IMG/VR virus record: IMGVR_UViG_3300021430_000575
Span: 1-64,000 of that record
Strand: one strand, 5' to 3'
DNA from: a virus
Lineage: Duplodnaviria > Caudoviricetes
DNA: 64,000 nucleotides
In this document: in pieces, positions 16,505-24,153 of the stretch
Position numbering within the stretch: the stretch's first letter is position 1
Layout of the letters: each line of letters starts with the position of its first letter
Position numbers and translations under genes: made by a program
Notes under the pieces: model-generated
What the model saw: only the letters and a program-made list of their open reading frames with translations
What the model was told of the DNA's origin: nothing
Database searches by the model: none

Positions 16505-17432
16505 GTTTAGCTAACTTTTTTTGATACCAATCAGGATCATCGTATATGCTTGGGTTGGCCTTGCTAGGGCGTAAAGAGTCTATTATTCTTTTCTTTTGAG
16601 CAAGAGTGTAACCATTGGCTTTATCACCCAGCTCATTAACCTTACTAACAGCCGTAACAACAGCCTGTTGATCCTCAGGTGATAACTGTGTCCATTTATT
16701 ACGTATGTCACCAGTTGCTAGCTCTTTCATAGTTGAAAGTGTCGAAGCACCGTTTTTAAATCTTTCAACAGTTAAACTTGCCCATTTTGGATAACGCAAT
16801 CCCTTTAGCAAAGCATGAAATCTCTTCAATGGTTCTTCAAATTCTTTACCAACTTCTTTAAACGTTCCTTGACCTTGCTTTTCTTTAGCTTTTGCAACTT
16901 TCTGTTTTAATTCTGCATCTCTGGCTGCTCGTTTTTTATCTGCGGATTTGTATCCGGCTTGGCGTTTCTTTTCACGCTTAACCAGCTCTGCTGTCCATTC
17001 GTCTGGAAAATGATTTCTTAATATGCTATCTATTTTCCTATTATAGCTGTCCATGGTTCCTTGATTATATACATCGCCCGGAATCATGTTTCTATAAAAA
17101 TCTGCACGATCTGCACGTAACCTATTAAGCTCACGCCGATAATATGCTGTCTTTTCTTCTGGATGTTCTGCCCAGCGCTTTTCACGTTCTGAACGTTCAT
17201 ATTCAGCTTTGGCCATTTGTCCTAACCAACTATTTTCAAGATCTTTGATAACGGACGATTTCTCTCCTGGATAATCTGTTTGCAAACGTTGTTGCAAGCG
17301 AGCTTTTAATCTACGAGCATTGTCTTTTTCACCGTCTGTTGCAGCAGCGTCGTTGATCACAGCATCTAATGCAGTGATTTTTCTATAAAGGTCGTCGGCT
17401 GTTTCTTCGGTTAAAATGTCATGTAAGCGCAT
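16476..17432 (-). CDS. hypothetical jumbo-phage protein (start re-called to MRLHDILTEE)
   Basis: Long ORF with ATAAATA just upstream of ATG 17432. Confidence 0.7.
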   Translation of the reverse strand: MRLHDILTEETADDLYRKITALDAVINDAAATDGEKDNARRLKARLQQRLQTDYPGEKSSVIKDLENSWLGQMAKAEYERSEREKRWAEHPEEKTAYYRRELNRLRADRADFYRNMIPGDVYNQGTMDSYNRKIDSILRNHFPDEWTAELVKREKKRQAGYKSADKKRAARDAELKQKVAKAKEKQGQGTFKEVGKEFEEPLKRFHALLKGLRYPKWASLTVERFKNGASTLSTMKELATGDIRNKWTQLSPEDQQAVVTAVSKVNELGDKANGYTLAQKKRIIDSLRPSKANPSIYDDPDWYQKKLAKRAADRKKRW

Positions 17433-17484
17433 AATAGTATTTATCGATATTGCTATTGAGAATAATTTGTAGTATTTAATAAAT

Positions 17485-17570
17485 ACCATCGGGGAGTAGT
17501 TAGCCTACAGGCTTCATGTATCGTCAACACGATGACAACATCCGGTACATGAACTAAGAAACGAGACCAT
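17485..17570 (+). promoter_or_regulatory. yybP-ykoY (Mn2+) riboswitch
   Basis: GGGGAGTAG, CGTCAACAC, CCGG and ACGAGACC hallmarks directly upstream of a TerC-family gene. Confidence 0.8.
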
Positions 17571-17584
17571 AACAGGAGAATGCT

Positions 17585-18274
17585 ATGGAACTACTTTCAA
17601 TGAGTGGCCTTACGGCCATATTTGCTATTATTTTGATTGATTTAGTATTAGCGGGAGACAACGCACTGGTAATAGGTATGGCGGCTGCAAAACTACCGCC
17701 TCATCTAAAACGCCGTGCAATTATATGGGGAACTGTGGGTGCTATTGCAGTTCGAGTGGTCTGTATAGCCGTTATTACATGGCTAATGCTCATACCAGGA
17801 TTGCACCTAATAGGCGGGCTTGCACTGCTATGGATATCATGGCGATTGGTATTTGAAAATAAAGATCATGCTATAAAACCAGCTGTTGGTTTTTGGTCAG
17901 CCATGAGCACAATTGTTGTTGCTGATGCAGTTATGGGATTTGACAATGCACTTGCTATCGCTGCTGCTGCACAGGGTAATTGGTATTTAATTATATTTGG
18001 ACTGGTAATTTCTATACCGTTGGTAATTGTCGGTGCAGAACTAATTGGTAAAATTTTGCAACGTTGGCCAAACATTATATACCTAGGATCATTTACATTG
18101 TTTGTAGTAGCAGCAAAAATGATATTTAAGGAACCAATTGTAGCAGAACATGTTAAAGATATAACATACGTTCCTTGGTTTTTTGCTAGTATTGCTGTAT
18201 ATCTACAATGGATGATCAAGAGTGGTTGGCCATTTGGAGTGTATAGTAAACTGTTTAAGAAAAAATATTCTTAA
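17585..18274 (+). CDS. TerC/Alx-family membrane protein (YjbE-like)
   Basis: IILIDLVLAGDNALVI, IVVADAVMGFDNALAIAAAA, GLVISIP motifs. Confidence 0.9.
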   Translation: MELLSMSGLTAIFAIILIDLVLAGDNALVIGMAAAKLPPHLKRRAIIWGTVGAIAVRVVCIAVITWLMLIPGLHLIGGLALLWISWRLVFENKDHAIKPAVGFWSAMSTIVVADAVMGFDNALAIAAAAQGNWYLIIFGLVISIPLVIVGAELIGKILQRWPNIIYLGSFTLFVVAAKMIFKEPIVAEHVKDITYVPWFFASIAVYLQWMIKSGWPFGVYSKLFKKKYS

Positions 18275-18279
18275 TCATG

Positions 18280-18313
18280 TTGCTGGATAGCGTTATTACA
18301 TGCTATCCAGCAA
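18280..18313 (+). terminator. terminator of the TerC gene
   Basis: 12-bp inverted repeat TTGCTGGATAGC/GCTATCCAGCAA followed by T-rich tract. Confidence 0.7.
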
Positions 18314-18323
18314 TTTCATTTAA

Positions 18324-18454
18324 TGGCGGTCTATAGAGGATTCGAACCTCTGATGCCAAGCTCTTGCTTTCTCGGCCAATTTTAATCCTTAGTAGAGTCG
18401 CAGTCCTTATTGGTTCGGAACTCTCTACTTGTGCTGCCACTACACTACTAGACC
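18324..18454 (-). ncRNA. 131-nt expanded tRNA-like RNA without canonical anticodon
   Basis: GGTCTA/TAGACC plus GCCA, D arm, TTCGAAT T arm; AGTAGAG/CTCTACT extended arm and GCCGAG/CTTGGC extra arm. Confidence 0.65.
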
Positions 18455-18461
18455 GTAACTT

Positions 18462-18536
18462 TGGTGGAACTGCTCGGTACCGCCCCGAGTTCTTCTGCTT
18501 GCAAGGCAGACGTGTTACCTTTTATCACTACAATCC
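18462..18536 (-). tRNA. tRNA-Ala(TGC), second copy
   Basis: TCTGC-CTTGCAA-GCAGA, G3:U70, GGCGGTA T-loop. Confidence 0.9.
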
Positions 18537-18550
18537 CAAAAAAAAATAAA

Positions 18551-18626
18551 TGGCTGGGGATCTTGGAATTGAACCAAGCTGGTCGGTTTCAGAGACCGAT
18601 GACTTCATCCAGAAGTCTAATCCCCA
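18551..18626 (-). tRNA. tRNA-Gln(CTG)
   Basis: TCGGT-CTCTGAA-ACCGA, TGGGGAT/ATCCCCA, CCA. Confidence 0.9.
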
Positions 18627-18632
18627 TTAAAC

Positions 18633-18671
18633 TGGTCCCGGTACGGTGATACAACCGCAGATCATCCGGGG
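18633..18671 (-). ncRNA. minihelix-like CCA-ended fragment
   Basis: CCCGG/CCGGG plus ACCA, stacked on a TGCGG/CCGTA hairpin; no D or anticodon arm. Confidence 0.35.
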
Positions 18672-18676
18672 TAAAC

Positions 18677-18750
18677 TGGTACTTGGGGCGAGGATTGAAC
18701 TCGCAATAAAGGATTATCGGTCCTTCGTTATACCATTTAACTACCCAAGT
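18677..18750 (-). tRNA. tRNA-Ile(GAT)
   Basis: AAGGA-CCGATAA-TCCTT, CCA. Confidence 0.9.
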
Positions 18751-18840
18751 ATTTTGTATGATAAATATATGTGGTAATTGATCTGTTACAGCAGATCAAA
18801 ACTCAGCTTGGAGTTTGAGCTGTCCCACTAGATATTTAGC

Positions 18841-19692
18841 TTGGAGTATAATATGAAAAAAATATTTTCTTGTAAAGAATGCAATAACAAATTTTCTGGT
18901 AGAACTGATTCTAAAAATTTATTTTGTTCACATAAATGTGCTAGATCATATACAGGATTAGTATCTAAGATAAGAAATAAAATACTCAAAAATATTAATG
19001 TAGAAATATACAATTTAAATCCTAAAAAATGCATGGGATGTGGCCAAGCAGTACCTTATCCTAGTCGTATTAATAAATTCTGTTCACGATCGTGCGGAGC
19101 ACAGCATACAAATAAAAAAAGATATGAAAATGGATTTAAAATGTCAAACAGTTCAAGAAAAAATTTAGCATTGATAAATCGTAAAAAATCGTTAGTTAGA
19201 TATAATAATAGTCCAAAATCTTGTGCAATTTGCAATCAGATTCTTACGTATGAAAAACGAAATAAAAAAACATGTTCGCAGGAATGCTTAAAAGCCATTG
19301 CAAAACTATCGGGTCAAAAAGGTGGATTAAAATCTTCACAAGTTCGGCCAAGAAGATCAAAAAATGAAATTGCTATGTATGAATTATGCAAATCTCATTT
19401 TAAGAATGTTACACATAATGATCCAATTTTTAACGGCTGGGATGCTGACATTCTTTTACATGATTATAAGATCGCAATCTTATGGAACGGTGATTGGCAT
19501 TATCAAGAAATGAATTGTTATAACCATAGCTTAAAACAAGTGCAAAATCGAGACAAACATAAAAGTAAATTAATAAAAGAAGCAGGATGGGTTGAATATA
19601 TTATCAAAGATACCACCAGAGAACCAACTACTCCAACAGATGCATTTAATTTATTGTTAAAATATATTAATGAGTATTGGTCCTACCATTGA
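18841..19692 (+). CDS. homing-type endonuclease (Zn ribbons plus Vsr/DUF559-like nuclease domain)
   Basis: SKNE..MYE...GWDADI......IAILWNG.WHY; likely start ATG 18853 after GGAG. Confidence 0.7.
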   Translation: MEYNMKKIFSCKECNNKFSGRTDSKNLFCSHKCARSYTGLVSKIRNKILKNINVEIYNLNPKKCMGCGQAVPYPSRINKFCSRSCGAQHTNKKRYENGFKMSNSSRKNLALINRKKSLVRYNNSPKSCAICNQILTYEKRNKKTCSQECLKAIAKLSGQKGGLKSSQVRPRRSKNEIAMYELCKSHFKNVTHNDPIFNGWDADILLHDYKIAILWNGDWHYQEMNCYNHSLKQVQNRDKHKSKLIKEAGWVEYIIKDTTREPTTPTDAFNLLLKYINEYWSYH

Positions 19693-19703
19693 AATACACG
19701 GGC
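19669..19703 (-). pseudogene. truncated 5' half of a tRNA-Met(CAT)-like gene
   Basis: GCCCGTG-TA-TTTC-AATGGTA-GGA...CT-CAT; no matching 3' half; overlaps end of the endonuclease ORF. Confidence 0.4.
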
Positions 19704-19709
19704 ATAATT

Positions 19710-19769
19710 TGGTAACAGAGTGCATGATACATGTGCTCATGTTTCACATGTACAGCTCATGCACTCTGC
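19710..19769 (-). ncRNA. long rod-like hairpin ending in ACCA
   Basis: GCAGAGTGCATGA/TCATGCACTCTGT (13 bp) plus TACATGTG/CACATGTA (8 bp). Confidence 0.5.
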
Positions 19770-19810
19770 TTAGGGATTATTAGTGCTCGCGAAACACTTC
19801 ACCCTAAAAC

Positions 19811-19890
19811 TGGCTCGGGGCCCAGGAATCGAACCTGGCTGAACGTCCTGATTCAAAGTCAGGCCTCCACACCTTGCAGAGCCTCCCCGA
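19811..19890 (-). tRNA. tRNA-Gln(TTG)
   Basis: CCTGA-CTTTGAA-TCAGG, CCA. Confidence 0.9.
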
Positions 19891-19896
19891 AAAATT

Positions 19897-19970
19897 TGGT
19901 AGGGAATAACGGTACCGCCCCGCTTTAGCTGGTATGTAACACCAGTGCATTACTTTTATGCTAATTCCCC
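19897..19970 (-). tRNA. tRNA-Val(TAC)
   Basis: CTGGT-GTTACAT-ACCAG, GGCGGTA T-loop, CCA. Confidence 0.85.
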
Positions 19971-19978
19971 AAAACTCG

Positions 19979-20183
19979 TATTGTGTGCTAGGCTTGATAC
20001 TAGCTTGTAGGCGATAGGCGTGTAATGACGCCTCGTTTTACATCTTGTCCGGCGACCATACAGGACGGTGTTTATCCGCTCTGGGCAGCTCTGGTCTTGC
20101 CCGCACCACCTGTAATCTCTTACAAGATACCGAACAAGTTCTCGCTCTACTGATTAACGTGTCCTATCCACGTTGACACAATA
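19979..20183 (-). ncRNA. unidentified ~205-nt multi-hairpin RNA
   Basis: Closed by TATTGTGT/ACACAATA; at least 5 internal GC-rich hairpins; no credible ORF. Confidence 0.55.
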
Positions 20184-20185
20184 TC

Positions 20186-20452
20186 TCAATCCATTAATTG
20201 AACAAGGCTATCTGGAACTTTTTCGTATTCCTTTACCCATTTATCAGCTAACGGACATCCTGCATCTTGTGCCATGTAAGCAACAATAGCAAACTTATAA
20301 CTATACTCATCAAAATATTCATCTGGTGTTCTATCTGGATCATCCCAGGTGCCCGGAGGCTGTGTAGTCAGCCATTCATTAAATTCTTTTAGATGACGCT
20401 CAACCATATCATTATAATCGTCCACAGTCATCGTTGATTGTTTCTTAGCCAT
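20186..20452 (-). CDS. hypothetical protein
   Basis: GGAG RBS, sigma70-like promoter upstream. Confidence 0.6.
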   Translation of the reverse strand: MAKKQSTMTVDDYNDMVERHLKEFNEWLTTQPPGTWDDPDRTPDEYFDEYSYKFAIVAYMAQDAGCPLADKWVKEYEKVPDSLVQLMD

Positions 20453-20509
20453 TGTATAACTCCATTGGCATATTTTAACAGATAAAATAACAATGTCAAC
20501 TGTATAAAT

Positions 20510-20598
20510 TGGAGCGGTGCGGGGTAATCGAAACCCATGTACCTTTTACAGTCGTCGGGTTGGAAGCCCGATGAAGGCCCCAGCCTTCCGCACACCGC
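20510..20598 (-). tRNA. tRNA-Gly(TCC) with long variable arm
   Basis: TCGGG-CTTCCAA-CCCGA, U73, ~16-nt variable region, CCA. Confidence 0.8.
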
Positions 20599-20603
20599 AT
20601 TAT

Positions 20604-20810
20604 TCATTTACAATTATATGTATAAACAAAAGTTGTTCCGTCATATGTAAGAAATTTTGGTTCGCACCAATTCTTCTTTTTATCTTTTGTTTGTTCTGTT
20701 TTCTTTTCATTGTCTTTCTTGTCATTGTCTTTCTTGTCGTCGTCTGCTGCATATGCAACAACTGGCATCAAGCAAAGACATAATAGCAAAGTTTTATACA
20801 TCAAAAACAC
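20604..20810 (-). CDS. small secreted charged protein
   Basis: Signal peptide ending AYA, followed by D/K-rich low-complexity region. Confidence 0.55.
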   Translation of the reverse strand: MFLMYKTLLLCLCLMPVVAYAADDDKKDNDKKDNEKKTEQTKDKKKNWCEPKFLTYDGTTFVYTYNCK

Positions 20811-20818
20811 CTTGTATT

Positions 20819-20916
20819 TGGTGAAGTGGGATGGATTTTAACCACAATCTGCTCGCAGCAGCGGAAAGGCACGACCCGGGATCCTTTCCGGCAGCACGTT
20901 CCTCTGCCGCCACTTC
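20819..20916 (-). ncRNA. 98-nt expanded tRNA-like RNA without canonical anticodon
   Basis: GAAGTGG/CCACTTC plus ACCA; CGGAAAGG/CCTTTCCG arm with 13-nt loop; CTGCT/AGCAG arm; TTAAAAT T-loop. Confidence 0.6.
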
Positions 20917-20926
20917 ATAAAACTTT

Positions 20927-21003
20927 TGGTACCTGAGGTCGGATTCGAACCGACACTGGAACGCTCCTAAGGCGTTTGCCTCCTACCGTTGGGCTACTCA
21001 GGC
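20927..21003 (-). tRNA. tRNA-Leu(TAG), short variable loop
   Basis: AACGC-CTTAGGA-GCGTT, CCA. Confidence 0.85.
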
Positions 21004-21091
21004 ATAAACTCTAAATATGATAGGTTCTTCCCTTTTAGGGGGCAGGAAGATTACGCTGTGGCCCCACTCCGATACTACCTATCACGTATAT

Positions 21092-21176
21092 TGGTGGGCA
21101 AGGTTGGACTCGAACTTGCCCACCGTACGGCAATGTCCTCTAAGACTATCTCAGCTACCAGCTACGACACATCTGC
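21092..21176 (-). pseudogene. degenerate tRNA-like sequence (TAG loop)
   Basis: CCA end, TTCGAG loop and D-loop-like AGCTGGTAG, but acceptor and anticodon stems do not pair. Confidence 0.35.
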
Positions 21177-21614
21177 AATTTCTTTCTTTTTTCTACCACC
21201 TTTGTGATGTAATGCAAGTTTTTTCTTGTGTTCTTCTGACTTAGGTTTTCCTTTATTTCCACGTCCGTGTGTATTACCAGTTTTACCTTTGGAGTTCATT
21301 TTGCATGCCTCTTCGTAACCATACTTTTCTACCATTTTTTCCCAAATACTCTTTCCGCCATTATTCATGTAATCCCTTCTATTTTCTTTTGCTGTTCCCC
21401 AATACAAATGGTTAGGGTTACTACAACTACCATTATGGCATGCATGGCACACATGAATTTTATGTCCAGAAGGGATAGTAGTATTATGTATATGAGCCAG
21501 TAATCCTTTACAATACATGCTCTGGCCGCCACGTTCCAAGCAAGGCTCATCTAATTTCAAGTGTTTTTGTCTATCTTCCTTGGGTAATTTAATATATTCA
21601 TTGATATCTTTCAT
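21162..21614 (-). CDS. HNH endonuclease with NUMOD3
   Basis: HVCHACHNGSCSNPNHLYWGT..EN; GKPKSEEHKKK. Confidence 0.8.
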   Translation of the reverse strand: MKDINEYIKLPKEDRQKHLKLDEPCLERGGQSMYCKGLLAHIHNTTIPSGHKIHVCHACHNGSCSNPNHLYWGTAKENRRDYMNNGGKSIWEKMVEKYGYEEACKMNSKGKTGNTHGRGNKGKPKSEEHKKKLALHHKGGRKKKEIADVS

Positions 21615-21629
21615 AATAATAACCTGTAA

Positions 21630-21854
21630 TCACCTATCATATAAATTACATACCCTAAACATACGCAGATCTTCTTGATATTTAAATCTCAATTCATAAG
21701 CATCAAACAGATATGTATATGGAGAATTATAAAATTTTACATACCATCGTTTTCCATAATCACCTAGGTTGGCATAACACCACTTTTCCATATCATAAGT
21801 TGAAACCAGCCATGGTTTACTAATTCGTTGTTTATACCAAAAGAATTTAAACAC
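21630..21854 (-). CDS. hypothetical protein
   Basis: W-C..N-G..W..F pattern shared with the adjacent ORF. Confidence 0.55.
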   Translation of the reverse strand: MFKFFWYKQRISKPWLVSTYDMEKWCYANLGDYGKRWYVKFYNSPYTYLFDAYELRFKYQEDLRMFRVCNLYDR

Positions 21855-22089
21855 GATCTATATTCGCCAAGATAAAAAATGTTCGATCGTCATCGTTTTC
21901 AAAAATAAACATATTAGCCGGTCTAGAAATATCTAATCTATTCATAGTTTGAGGAATCCATTTGGTATCTAGGTCCCATTTATTACCTCGTAGACTGATA
22001 TGGTCATTACACCATCGAATCATATTATTAATTTCAGCACGATTATATGATAACGGAACCACATAATTAATATTGGTAAATCTATTCAT
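21847..22089 (-). CDS. hypothetical protein
   Basis: Paralog-like motif WC.......W...F.FE..D..FF. Confidence 0.55.
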   Translation of the reverse strand: MNRFTNINYVVPLSYNRAEINNMIRWCNDHISLRGNKWDLDTKWIPQTMNRLDISRPANMFIFENDDDRTFFILANIDRV

Positions 22090-22133
22090 TGTATACTTTT
22101 ATAATGAATAATATTTCTAGTCAATGAATAAAA

Positions 22134-22208
22134 TGGAGGACCGTGTGAGGCTCGAACTCACCGGTGTCGGATTAAGAGTCCAACTGACCCACCCGGGTGC
22201 TACGGTCC
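22134..22208 (-). tRNA. tRNA-Lys(CTT)
   Basis: TTGGA-CTCTTAA-TCCGA, CCA. Confidence 0.85.
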
Positions 22209-22214
22209 ATAAAT

Positions 22215-22301
22215 TGGCTGCCCCTCTAGGATTCGAACCTAGACTGAAGTTATCTCTACAGATTCAAAGTCTGTCTGCCTACCAATTAGCATCAAGGGGC
22301 A
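22215..22301 (-). tRNA. tRNA-Gln(TTG) with long variable arm
   Basis: ACAGA-CTTTGAA-TCTGT, ~15-nt variable region, G73, CCA. Confidence 0.8.
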
Positions 22302-22311
22302 ATAATTTCAA

Positions 22312-22650
22312 CTACTTTTTTTCAAACTTTTTCTTTAGACGAAGATATTCTCTTTTTTCTGCGGCTAAAGTCTTTTTATCTTTTTCTTCTTTTTTTGCTT
22401 TTTCATGCGCTAGAGCACTTTCATATCTTGCAATACGTTCATTCATTTCTAGATCAGTTTCTGGCTCATACCAGACTAGATTGACGTTGCAGTCTTCATA
22501 ATACCAATCGAGTTCAATTGTAGCTTTTGTATTGTTGTTGCAGATCTTTAAGATATCACCGAGCGACATTGAATCTGAGATATCATGCTCTCGTCTAACA
22601 TCCTGTCGCTTTTTATAATCATATTTTTCTTTAGCCATATTGCACACCAT
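22312..22650 (-). CDS. hypothetical protein
   Basis: ORF, charged coiled C terminus. Confidence 0.6.
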   Translation of the reverse strand: MVCNMAKEKYDYKKRQDVRREHDISDSMSLGDILKICNNNTKATIELDWYYEDCNVNLVWYEPETDLEMNERIARYESALAHEKAKKEEKDKKTLAAEKREYLRLKKKFEKK

Positions 22651-22776
22651 ATAAAAATGAATACTCTAACTTACCCCAGATTCTATATATAGTATCAATT
22701 GTCCAAATACTTTACAAGAGTTGGAATAAGTTTAATTATTTTACAATAAAATTGTTTGTATATATAATTTATAAAT

Positions 22777-23508
22777 ATGTCAATACATCAAATAAATTAT
22801 TTTAATTTTAACTTTCTTAATAACAAATATACAAAATGGTATATTACTATTATTCAAAATGCATTAGCAAGAGATGAGGTTACATCTTATACTGAAATTC
22901 ATCATATTATACCACGGTCATTTGGCGGTTCTAATGACAAAAGTAATTTAGTTAAACTTCTAGCTAGAGAACATTATATAGTACATTTATTATTGCCTAA
23001 AATGGTTGCTGGACAACACAAACATAAAATGCAAGTGGCGTTATGGAATATGATGATTAAATCTAAAGATAGGTATATACCACATAATAAACAATATGAG
23101 ATCATTAAAAAAAATATGGCAATAGCATTATCTGTGTTACATAAAGGTAAAGAATCAAAACTTAAAGGTAGACCAAACAATAAAATACCATGGAATAAAG
23201 GTTTAACAGGAGTGCCCAGACATTATACAGAAGAAGGGATGAAGAAATTAAGAGCACCTAAAAGTGATGAAACTCGAAAACGTATTAGTCAAAGTATTAA
23301 AAATCGTAAAACTAAAAAAGGGTACACCCCCGCACCAAAAATGAAATTTATATTAAAAAATATAATAACCAACGAAATTGCGGAAACTACCAATATAACA
23401 AAATGGTGTAAAGAAACCGGTTTCAACTCAAGTTGGTTGTATCGAGATAAAAGCAATTGGAAGATTATTGAAAAATATAAACTTAAAGATGGGTCTAAAA
23501 TTTTATAG
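22777..23508 (+). CDS. HNH homing endonuclease (NUMOD-type)
   Basis: EIHHIIPRSFGGSNDKSNLVKL..REHYIVH; TATAAATA upstream. Confidence 0.85.
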   Translation: MSIHQINYFNFNFLNNKYTKWYITIIQNALARDEVTSYTEIHHIIPRSFGGSNDKSNLVKLLAREHYIVHLLLPKMVAGQHKHKMQVALWNMMIKSKDRYIPHNKQYEIIKKNMAIALSVLHKGKESKLKGRPNNKIPWNKGLTGVPRHYTEEGMKKLRAPKSDETRKRISQSIKNRKTKKGYTPAPKMKFILKNIITNEIAETTNITKWCKETGFNSSWLYRDKSNWKIIEKYKLKDGSKIL

Positions 23509-23519
23509 GCAAGAAATAT

Positions 23520-23603
23520 TGGAAGACCGGTGAGGTTCTGCCCCTCTTACGGGAGGATTAAAAGTCCTCTGGCGAGACTACTCTGCCTTTACGTTACCGG
23601 TCC
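23520..23603 (-). tRNA. tRNA-Lys(TTT) with enlarged D region
   Basis: GAGGA-CTTTTAA-TCCTC, GGCAGAA T-loop, CCA. Confidence 0.75.
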
Positions 23604-23809
23604 ATTACTTATAATTTCACAAACTAAGCCTTGTTCTTCATAGTTTAGCCTAGTCCAAGTTTTACTATACATGTCTGATGCAGCTTTAAACTGCTTAATT
23701 GAGTCTTTATTATTCCAATCTACTGGAAGGGTGTCAAGTACTCGATAGTATAAATCTACTACTTCTTGTAGGCGTCCTGCGGTGTCATATTATCAACCTC
23801 CTATAAAAT

Positions 23810-23897
23810 TGGGGGACCGGGAGGGAATTGAACCCATCCGTGCCTGTTAAGGCGGGAGATTAAAAGTCTCCTGTCAACACCAGTCGACAACCGGTCC
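23810..23897 (-). tRNA. tRNA-Lys(TTT) with long variable arm
   Basis: GGAGA-CTTTTAA-TCTCC, GCC/GGC variable stem, CCA. Confidence 0.8.
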
Positions 23898-24066
23898 GTT
23901 ATCTCATTAACAACAGCAGTATAACACAGGTATTATGCTTTTCCTAGCATATTCATCTAGCATCCTAGATGTACCTGCTAAATTTTAAAATACATAGTTA
24001 GTCTTATTCTTCGAGCAGGTATATCGACTATACCACCTTGGTAGGTAATTGCGCACTATGTATGAT

Positions 24067-24143
24067 TGGCGACTCTTAGGGGTACTGCCCCCCTCATTTC
24101 CGCCGTGACAGGGCGGCGTCTTCACTATGCAGACCCAAGAGCC
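24067..24143 (-). tRNA. tRNA-Asp(GTC)
   Basis: CCGCC-CTGTCAC-GGCGG, G73, CCA. Confidence 0.9.
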
Positions 24144-24153
24144 AATATAAATC

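Noticed and set aside
18364-18649. Short + strand ORFs
   Set aside because: Antisense to tRNA genes
22124-22501. 125-aa + strand ORF
   Set aside because: Antisense over tRNA-Lys, tRNA-Gln and a real minus-strand CDS
23592-23790. Strong AGGAGG RBS with MTPQDAYKK-stop and a longer open frame shifted by one base (RLQEVVDLYY...)
   Set aside because: Could be a frameshifted pseudogene or assembly error; no slippery site seen; not enough support for programmed frameshifting
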